44,582 nucleotides of DNA from Mycoplasma sp. CAG:611 (GTDB taxonomy: Bacteria; Bacillota_I; Bacilli_A; RF39; UBA660). Within the stretch, counting starts at the first letter, position 1, and each line of letters starts with the position of its first letter. This document shows, one piece after another, positions 16,476 to 23,888 of the stretch. The stretch covers positions 26,618 to 71,199 of the forward strand of contig HF999802.1 in the NCBI GenBank assembly GCA_000434175.1, read 5' to 3'. Under the pieces are notes generated by a model. The model had not been told where the DNA came from and ran no database searches. It saw only the letters and a list, made by a program, of their open reading frames with translations. The translations under genes were made by a program, and so were the position numbers.

Positions 16476-18392
16476 GTGGTAGTTATTAAAGTAATAAAAA
16501 GAGATGGCTCATCAGTTGAATATGATAGAGAAAAAATAAAAATAGCCATAAGCAAAGCTAATAATGAGGTAAATGATGAAGAAAAAATATCACTTGCACA
16601 GATAAATAATATTATAAAATATATTGAAAGTTTAAACAAAAAAAGAATTTTAGTTGAAGATATTCAAGATATTATAGAAATAAGACTTATGAGTGCAGGA
16701 AAATATGAACTAGCTAAAAAATATATTACATATCGATATACAAGAGCGCTTATTAGAAAAGCAAATACAACAGATGAATCAATACTTAGTTTGCTTAAAA
16801 ATAATAATTCATTTGGTATAAAAAATAATAATGCATCTTATCAAAGAGATTTAATAGCAAGGGAAGTATCAAAAGATTTAACAGAAAGAATTTTATTGCC
16901 AGAAAAAATAGTTAAAGCACATGAAAAAGGTTTAATATACTTTCATGATATGGATTATTTTATTCAACCTATAATTAATTCAAGTTATATCAATCTTAAA
17001 GATATGTTAGAAAATGGAACATACATAAATGGTGTTAAAATAGAAAAGCCTAAGTCATTTCAAGTGGCATGTAATGTTACAATGCAAATTATTAATGCTA
17101 TATCAAACGGGCAAATAAATGGATTTTCTATTGATATAGATTGTTTAAGTCCTTATTTAAATGCAACATATTTAAAAAATGTTAATATGTTAAAAGAAAA
17201 ATATAAGACTAAAGCAAATGATATTTTGATAAAGACATTAGCTAATGATTTAACAAAAAAAGAATTAGAAAATGGAGTTCAAACCATTCATTATCAGATT
17301 AATACTCTTATTAACAGTAGTGGTGTTGTACCTTTGGTTACTTTGTTTTTAAGAATAAATAAAGATGATTTATTTAAACAAGAAACAGCCCTTATTATTG
17401 AAGAAATATTAAAACAAAGATTAAATGGTATAAATAAAGAAAGTGGTAAAGAAGAATATATATATCCTAAAATAGTATATGTTTTAGATGAAACTAATAA
17501 TTTAACTGGAGGATGTTATGATTATTTAACGAAAATTGTCGTAAATTGTATTTTAAATAATGGTAATGTTAATCTTCTTAGTTCAAAGAAAATGAAAGAG
17601 ATGTTTAATGGTAATGTTTTCTCTCCAATCGGAGAAAATCAATTTTTACCTATTTATAAAACATCCTCTAAATATAAGTTTGTTGGTAGATTTAATCAAG
17701 GAATAGTAAGTCTTAATTTACCAAGAGTAGCACTTTCTTTAAAAGAAAATGAGGACTTTTTTGAAAAATTAGATGAAGTTCTTGAAATATGTAAAGAATC
17801 ACTTTTATGTAAGTATTATTCACTTCTTGGTACAAATGAAGCAATATCAAGTATTCATTTTAGATATGGAGGTATAAGTAGACTAAATAAAAATGAAAAA
17901 ATAGATGAATTATTAAAAAATGGTTATTCAACACTTTTACTTAGTTATGTAGGGCTTCCTGAAGTAGTATATCTTCTTTTGAAAAAAAATATTAAGGAAG
18001 AAGAAGGAGAAAGCTTAGCAATTAAAATATTAAATAGGATAAATGAAGTTTTAAATAATTTATCAAATGAAATAGGAGTTAGTTTTAAATTATATTCATT
18101 TTATGATAATGTTTCTTCTAAATATTTTATAAATAAAGATTTAGAAGAGTTTGGTTATATTAAAAAAATAACTGATAAATCAAGTTATAATAGTGCTTAT
18201 TTTATTGAAGATGAAAAGCTTAATAAAATAGAAAAATTAGAATATGAAAAGAAATTTAATAATTTATCTTTGGGTGGAACAATTAATAGAGTTGATATAA
18301 GTGATTTAAAAATGGATGAATTAGAAGATTTAATAAAATATATTTATGAAAATGTTATATATTGCAATTTAAAAAATATGAAAAGGAGATAG
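16476..18392 (+). CDS. Degenerate NrdD paralog: ATP-cone plus class III RNR barrel, lacking active-site Cys, Zn ribbon and glycyl-radical domain
   Basis: It aligns with the downstream NrdD (VIKRDG ATP-cone, FHDMDYF, IEKPKSF). However HNCELINL becomes INSSYINL and CMGCRSFL becomes PIGENQFL. The protein ends before the CxxC...RTCGY segment. Confidence 0.75.
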   Translation: MVVIKVIKRDGSSVEYDREKIKIAISKANNEVNDEEKISLAQINNIIKYIESLNKKRILVEDIQDIIEIRLMSAGKYELAKKYITYRYTRALIRKANTTDESILSLLKNNNSFGIKNNNASYQRDLIAREVSKDLTERILLPEKIVKAHEKGLIYFHDMDYFIQPIINSSYINLKDMLENGTYINGVKIEKPKSFQVACNVTMQIINAISNGQINGFSIDIDCLSPYLNATYLKNVNMLKEKYKTKANDILIKTLANDLTKKELENGVQTIHYQINTLINSSGVVPLVTLFLRINKDDLFKQETALIIEEILKQRLNGINKESGKEEYIYPKIVYVLDETNNLTGGCYDYLTKIVVNCILNNGNVNLLSSKKMKEMFNGNVFSPIGENQFLPIYKTSSKYKFVGRFNQGIVSLNLPRVALSLKENEDFFEKLDEVLEICKESLLCKYYSLLGTNEAISSIHFRYGGISRLNKNEKIDELLKNGYSTLLLSYVGLPEVVYLLLKKNIKEEEGESLAIKILNRINEVLNNLSNEIGVSFKLYSFYDNVSSKYFINKDLEEFGYIKKITDKSSYNSAYFIEDEKLNKIEKLEYEKKFNNLSLGGTINRVDISDLKMDELEDLIKYIYENVIYCNLKNMKRR

Positions 18393-18398
18393 AAAAAT

Positions 18399-20564
18399 AT
18401 GCAAGTAATTAAAAGAGATGGAAGAAGACAAAAATTTGATAAGGAGAAGATATATAATGCTGTTAGTAAAGCATTTATTGAAGTTGATAAAGAATTAACG
18501 GAACAAGATAAGAAAAAGGCTTTAGAAATAGCAGATTATATTGAAAGTTTAAACAAAAATTTGAAGGTGGAAGAAGTTCAGGATATCGTTGAAGATAAAC
18601 TTATGGCAAGTAATAGGAAAGATGTTGCTAGATGTTATATAAGATATAGATATTTAAGAGGACTTGTAAGAGAAAGTAATACAACAGATAAAACAATATT
18701 TGAGCTTTTAAATGGTACAAATGAGTATTGGAATAGTGAAAATGCTAATAAAAATGCTAAAGTTGTTACCGTTCAAAGAGATTACATAGCAGGTATTACA
18801 AGTACTGATATAACAAGAAGATTTTTACTTCCTAAAGATATTGTGGAAGCACATGATGCTGGGATAATTCATTTTCATGATGCAGATTATTTCGCACAAA
18901 ATGCTTTACATAATTGTGAACTTATAAATCTTGAAGATATGTTACAAAATGGTACAATGATTAATAATATCTTAATTGAAAAGCCACATAGATTTTTAAC
19001 TGCAGCAACTATTGCAACTCAAATAATAACAGCGGTAACAAGTTCAAGTTATGGTGGTGCTACGATTACTTTAACAGCACTTGCACCATTTGTTAGATCT
19101 AGTTATAACAAATATTATGATAAGTATAAAAAAAGAGGCATGGATGATGAAACATGCAAAAAATATGCCATGGAAGATACAAAAAAAGAAATTGAAGATG
19201 GGGTTCAGACATTTAATTATCAGGTAAATTCAATGACTAATACAAACGGACAATCTCCTTTCTTATCAGTATGTATGTATCTTGGAGAAACAGAAGAATA
19301 CAAAGAGGAATTAGCTCTTATAATCGAGGAATTTTTAAAACAAAGAATATTAGGACTTAAGAATGAAAAAGGTGTTTACATAACACAAGCTTTTCCTAAA
19401 CTTTTATATGTTCTTGAAGAAGACAATATAAAAGAAGATAGTAAATATTATTATTTAACTGAGCTTGCTGCTAAATGTACTGCTAAAAGATTAGTTCCTG
19501 ATTATATTTCTGAAAAAATCATGAAAGAATGTAAAATAGATGCAAATGGTAATGGACAATGTTATCCATGTATGGGTTGTCGAAGCTTTTTAACACCATA
19601 TTTAGATAAAAATGGAAAACCTAAATATTATGGAAGATTTAATCAAGGCGTTGTTACTATTTCATTACCAGATGTTGCTTTATCTAGTAAAAAAGACATG
19701 GAAGAATTCTGGAAAATATTTGAAGAAAGATTAGAATTGTGTCATAGAGCACTTCAAATAAGACACGAACGCCTTGCCCATGCCATAAGTGATATTGCTC
19801 CAATTTTATGGCAACATGGGGCCCTTGCAAGACTTGAAAAAGGAGAAAGTATTCATGAACTTTTACATAATGGTTATTCAACTATATCACTTGGATATGC
19901 AGGACTTTATGAATGTGTTAAATATATGACAGGGAATTCTCATACTGATAATGGTGTAGGTAAAGAATTTGCTTTAGAAGTTATGAAAAAACTTAATGAT
20001 AAATGTGCTGAATGGAAAAAAGCAGAAAAAATAGATTATAGTGTTTATGGAACTCCAATTGAATCAACAACCTATAAATTTGCTAAATGTTTAAGAAATA
20101 GATTTGGTATAATCGAAGGAATAACTGATAGAGATTATATAACTAATTCATATCATGTTCCAGTATTTGAAAAAATAGACCCATTTACTAAATTAGCATT
20201 AGAAAGTGAATTTCAAAAACTATCTCCAGGTGGTGCGATAAGTTATATTGAATGTGCTGATTTAACAAATAATGTTGATGCTGTAATTGAAGTTATTAAA
20301 TTTATTTATGATCATATTATGTATGCAGAACTTAATACTAAATCAGACTATTGTCAAGTTTGTGGCTATGATGGTGAAATAAAAATCGTTGATGAAGATG
20401 GCAAACTTGATTGGAAATGTCCTAACTGTGGTAATATGGACCATTCTAAAATGAATGTTGCAAGAAGAACATGTGGTTATATTGGTACAAACTTCTTTAA
20501 TCAAGGAAGAACTGATGAAATTAGAAATAGATATGTTCATTTAGATAATCATAAAATAGACTAG
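18399..20564 (+). CDS. nrdD: Anaerobic ribonucleoside-triphosphate reductase (class III)
   Basis: ATP-cone, GCRSFL active-site loop, Zn ribbon CQVCG...CPNCG and glycyl-radical motif RRTCGYIG. Confidence 0.92.
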   Translation: MQVIKRDGRRQKFDKEKIYNAVSKAFIEVDKELTEQDKKKALEIADYIESLNKNLKVEEVQDIVEDKLMASNRKDVARCYIRYRYLRGLVRESNTTDKTIFELLNGTNEYWNSENANKNAKVVTVQRDYIAGITSTDITRRFLLPKDIVEAHDAGIIHFHDADYFAQNALHNCELINLEDMLQNGTMINNILIEKPHRFLTAATIATQIITAVTSSSYGGATITLTALAPFVRSSYNKYYDKYKKRGMDDETCKKYAMEDTKKEIEDGVQTFNYQVNSMTNTNGQSPFLSVCMYLGETEEYKEELALIIEEFLKQRILGLKNEKGVYITQAFPKLLYVLEEDNIKEDSKYYYLTELAAKCTAKRLVPDYISEKIMKECKIDANGNGQCYPCMGCRSFLTPYLDKNGKPKYYGRFNQGVVTISLPDVALSSKKDMEEFWKIFEERLELCHRALQIRHERLAHAISDIAPILWQHGALARLEKGESIHELLHNGYSTISLGYAGLYECVKYMTGNSHTDNGVGKEFALEVMKKLNDKCAEWKKAEKIDYSVYGTPIESTTYKFAKCLRNRFGIIEGITDRDYITNSYHVPVFEKIDPFTKLALESEFQKLSPGGAISYIECADLTNNVDAVIEVIKFIYDHIMYAELNTKSDYCQVCGYDGEIKIVDEDGKLDWKCPNCGNMDHSKMNVARRTCGYIGTNFFNQGRTDEIRNRYVHLDNHKID

Positions 20565-20575
20565 AAGGTGAAATA

Positions 20576-21073
20576 ATGAGATATGCTCAAATAAGAGATA
20601 TGGATATAAGTAATGGTGAAAAAATAGGAGTAGCGTTATTTACATCAGGATGTAGATTTTATTGTAAAAATTGTTTTAACAAAGAATTATGGGATGTAAA
20701 AAGTGGTAATTTATGGAGTAAGGAAGTTGAAGATAATTTCCTTACTCTTGCTAAACCTGATTATATATCAAGAATATCAATATTAGGGGGAGAACCTTTT
20801 ATTGATGAAAATTTAACAGACTTAGAAAAATTAGTTAAAAGAATTAAAGAAACTTATCCTAATAAAAAACTATGGATATATTCAGGATATACATATGAAG
20901 AATTATTAGAAAGAGCAAAAAATATATTAAACTATGTTGATATTTTAGTAGATGGAAGATACGTTGATGAATTAAAAGATTACAAATTAAAATTCAGGGG
21001 TTCTTCTAATCAAAGAGTAATTGATGTTCAAAATAGTTTAAAAGAAAACAAAGTAATTATATATTTAGATTAA
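20576..21073 (+). CDS. nrdG: Anaerobic RNR activating radical-SAM protein
   Basis: GCRFYCKNC (CX3CX2C) and ILGGEPF are present. Size and position after nrdD fit. Confidence 0.88.
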   Translation: MRYAQIRDMDISNGEKIGVALFTSGCRFYCKNCFNKELWDVKSGNLWSKEVEDNFLTLAKPDYISRISILGGEPFIDENLTDLEKLVKRIKETYPNKKLWIYSGYTYEELLERAKNILNYVDILVDGRYVDELKDYKLKFRGSSNQRVIDVQNSLKENKVIIYLD

Positions 21074-21085
21074 GGAGATTAAAAT

Positions 21086-21523
21086 ATGTTAGTAAATATA
21101 AAAAAATTAAATGAAAATGCTAAACTTCCTACTTATGGCACAGTTTATTCTGCTGGATGTGATTTATATGCTTGCATGGATGAAGATGTTAGTATAAATC
21201 CAGGAGAAACTAAATTAATCAAAACAGGATTAAGTATGGAAATACCAGAAAATTATGCAGGACTTATTTATGCAAGAAGTGGGTTAGCAACAAAAAAAGG
21301 CCTTGCTCCTGCTAATAAAGTTGGAGTAATAGATAGTGATTATAGAGGCGAAATAATGGTAGCTTTACATAATCATAGTAATGAAGTTCAAACAATTGAT
21401 AAAAATGAAAGAATAGCACAATTAGTAGTAACACCATTTTTAAAAGTAGAATTTAATGAAGTAGAAGATTTAAATGATACAGTACGTGGTGCTGGTGGTT
21501 TTGGTTCAACTGGTACAAAATAA
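21086..21523 (+). CDS. dut: dUTP diphosphatase
   Basis: dUTPase motifs SAGCDLYA, ARSGLA, GVIDSDYRGEI and RGAGGFGSTG. Confidence 0.9.
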   Translation: MLVNIKKLNENAKLPTYGTVYSAGCDLYACMDEDVSINPGETKLIKTGLSMEIPENYAGLIYARSGLATKKGLAPANKVGVIDSDYRGEIMVALHNHSNEVQTIDKNERIAQLVVTPFLKVEFNEVEDLNDTVRGAGGFGSTGTK

Positions 21524-21547
21524 ACAAGCAAATGCTTGTTTTTATTT
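21523..21547 (+). terminator. Rho-independent terminator after dut
   Basis: Hairpin aacaagca/tgcttgtt followed by TTTATTT. Confidence 0.65.
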
Positions 21548-21654
21548 GGCAAAAATTACCAACAATAAATGACATAAATTTATGATAAAATAAATCTTGT
21601 AAGATAGAAAAATATACCAAATTTGACGCCTGTTGAAAAGTGTAAAGAAAAATA

Positions 21655-21725
21655 TTGACATGGGGGGGGTATATTATATAATAACCTTATAAAGTTAATA
21701 GTTAATAAAATAAAAGGAAGTTTGA
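21655..21725 (+). promoter_or_regulatory. Poly-G promoter/leader cassette, copy 1 (G8, 16-nt spacer)
   Basis: TTGACA (21655-60), t, G8 (21662-69), then TATAAT (21677-82), followed by the conserved leader ccttataaagttaatagttaataaaataa. Confidence 0.7.
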
Positions 21726-21729
21726 TAAT

Positions 21730-21887
21730 ATGATAGAAAAACTAAAACAAAATAAATTAATATTAATAATATTTATGATATCTATAATTCTTATAATAAA
21801 GTAAGACCAACTTTATATTTAAAATCAAATATTAAAATAACTGGAGGCTCAGGAACAAGTACTAATCCATATACACTTGGAATTTAG
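21730..21887 (+). pseudogene. Internally deleted remnant of a paralog of the 22751-23782 surface protein
   Basis: A 24-aa signal-anchor ORF (MIEKLKQNKLILIIFMISIILIIK, stop at 21802). An out-of-frame tail at 21804-21887 encodes RPTLYLKSNIKITGGSGTSTNPYTLGI, matching the C-terminus RPVLYLKSAVKITGGSGTSTNPYTLGL. Confidence 0.7.
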
Positions 21888-21998
21888 TAATAGGTTTTTC
21901 AAAAATTAAATAAAATATCAAATTATTTAATTTTTTTAATGTCTAAATTTAGGTCATTTTGATTTTGCTCCGTATAATTATATATGGAGGATAATTAA

Positions 21999-22577
21999 AT
22001 GATAGAACAATTAGAACAAAAAACAGTAATTAAAAGTAATAAAAAAGAAAATAAGAAAAACTTAAATTTAAGTAAAAGAATTGATAATGTATTAAAAAAT
22101 ATTAACGAAAGAAACCCTGTAAAATTAAGAAATTATACACCACAAATATTAGTTGAAAATGGTGTTAAAGATCTTCCAATGTATGAAAACCCATCTCATA
22201 TAAGAAAAAACATTTTAACTAAAAAAGAGACACAAAAATTAGGCTTAGCAACAAGTATAAGAAATCATTATCATGGTTTAGGTAAGGAACTTTATATAAA
22301 AATAATTAATAGTTTGGACAGCCCGAGAGTTATATTTAAAAATAAAAACAATAAGGATTATTTGATATTAACGACAGTTAAAGATGATAATAATAGTAAC
22401 ATAATAGTTCTCATTGAAATAGAAACAATTACAAAAATAAATATCTTTAATATTGACATTAATAGAATAAAGACTGTATATGGTTATGATAGGAAAGATC
22501 CTGATTTAAATAAATATATTAAAAATAATATTAAATTAGGAAGGTTTACAAAAATTTATGAACAAAAAAGAACTTAA
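21999..22577 (+). CDS. Stand-alone MuF-C-terminal/PBECR-like domain protein (MGE-associated)
   Basis: The pattern LPMYENPSHIRKNIL...HYHGLGKELYIKIINSLDSPRVIF...YLILTTVKDDNNSNIIVLIEI...INRIKTVYGYD matches my recollection of that domain. No search was run. Confidence 0.35.
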   Translation: MIEQLEQKTVIKSNKKENKKNLNLSKRIDNVLKNINERNPVKLRNYTPQILVENGVKDLPMYENPSHIRKNILTKKETQKLGLATSIRNHYHGLGKELYIKIINSLDSPRVIFKNKNNKDYLILTTVKDDNNSNIIVLIEIETITKINIFNIDINRIKTVYGYDRKDPDLNKYIKNNIKLGRFTKIYEQKRT

Positions 22578-22678
22578 GTACGGGTATAAACAACCGCAGT
22601 TAAGTTCTTTTGTATCAATAATATACCATAAAATTATTTTGTTGTAAACACAATTGCTAAAAAATGTTAATAAAATTA

Positions 22679-22750
22679 TTGACATGGGGGGGGGTGTATT
22701 ATATAATAACCTTATAAAGTTAATAGTTAATAAAATAAGGCTGTGATATA
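22679..22750 (+). promoter_or_regulatory. Poly-G promoter/leader cassette, copy 2 (G9, 17-nt spacer)
   Basis: TTGACA (22679-84), t, G9 (22686-94), then TATAAT (22702-07). The same leader runs to aaggctgtgatata before the GTG at 22751. Confidence 0.75.
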
Positions 22751-23782
22751 GTGAAAAAAATAATAAGTTTTTTAAAAACAGATATAAAAATAATAAATAG
22801 TTATTTTCTATTTGCAATTATTTTAATAATACTAATAAGTATAGGATATTCAAGTTATGCATTATTTAGTTTTACAAAAACAAGTACTAATGTAATTGAA
22901 GCTACTGTAGGAGAATTAAAAAAAAGCGGAGCAGATACCCTTATAAAATTAACAGATAATACAAATGATAGTGGACTATATACAATAACACATCCAAAAG
23001 ATACAACACTTCAAATAGGAAATGATAAAGATATAACAGAATATAGATATCGTGGAGCAAGTCCAAAAAACTATGTAACATTTAATAACGAAACATGGAG
23101 AATACTTGGGGTATTCCCCACAGATGATGGAACAGGAAATATTGAAAATAGAATAAGGATAATAAGAAATGAAAGTATAGGGAATAAATATTGGGATACA
23201 AGTGATTCAAATAATTGGGCTAGACCATCAACATTAAATACAGAACTTAATACAACATATTTAAATAGTTTAACAAGTGAAGCACAAAATATGATAGGAA
23301 ATACAAAATATTATTTAGGAGGAAAAAATGTAACCTATAATAATGGATATGCAGATACACCATTACAATTTTATTCATATGAAAGAAAGATACAAAATAC
23401 AACAAGTAATGAGTTTTACAATGGAACAAATCCAAATAGTTGGGTTGGAAAACTAGGACTAATGTATGTAAGTGATTATGGATATGCAAGTAGTAATTGT
23501 GAAAATAAAAGAATATATGATTATAACTCATCAGCAAATGATATAAGAGCATGTAATGATACGAACTGGTTATACAATATAAAGGATAATGAGTGGATAT
23601 TGCCTCAGAATGCCGGCACTAGTAACCGTGCGTTTTATGTCAATTCAAACGGGCACGTGAACTACAACTTCGTTGTCTACAACGGTCAGTTTGCCGTTCG
23701 GCCAGTCCTATATCTAAAATCCGCAGTAAAAATAACTGGAGGATCAGGAACAAGTACTAATCCATATACACTTGGTTTATAA
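22751..23782 (+). CDS. Signal-anchored secreted/surface protein with a C-terminal ...AVRPVLYLK-type domain
   Basis: N-terminal TM ending SYALFSF. The C-terminal part (YVSDYGYASS, EWILPQN, FAVRPVLYLKS) resembles the WLRS/VRPA-type domain common in Firmicutes surface proteins. Confidence 0.6.
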   Translation: MKKIISFLKTDIKIINSYFLFAIILIILISIGYSSYALFSFTKTSTNVIEATVGELKKSGADTLIKLTDNTNDSGLYTITHPKDTTLQIGNDKDITEYRYRGASPKNYVTFNNETWRILGVFPTDDGTGNIENRIRIIRNESIGNKYWDTSDSNNWARPSTLNTELNTTYLNSLTSEAQNMIGNTKYYLGGKNVTYNNGYADTPLQFYSYERKIQNTTSNEFYNGTNPNSWVGKLGLMYVSDYGYASSNCENKRIYDYNSSANDIRACNDTNWLYNIKDNEWILPQNAGTSNRAFYVNSNGHVNYNFVVYNGQFAVRPVLYLKSAVKITGGSGTSTNPYTLGL

Positions 23783-23815
23783 GAATTATGACAATTCATA
23801 GTTCTTTTTGTTTTA
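23781..23815 (+). terminator. Rho-independent terminator
   Basis: An 11-bp stem aagaattatga/tcatagttctt (1 G-U pair) with a 4-nt loop, followed by a T-rich tail. Confidence 0.65.
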
Positions 23816-23888
23816 AAAAATATAGACTTTATTTTTAATTTTTGATAGAATATATTTAGAAGAAAAATAATAGAAAGTTGGTAATTTT

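Noticed and set aside
22536-22817. A 93-aa minus-strand ORF spanning cassette copy 2.
   Set aside because: It runs antisense across a terminator hairpin, the poly-G promoter and the start of the surface-protein gene. No RBS is present.
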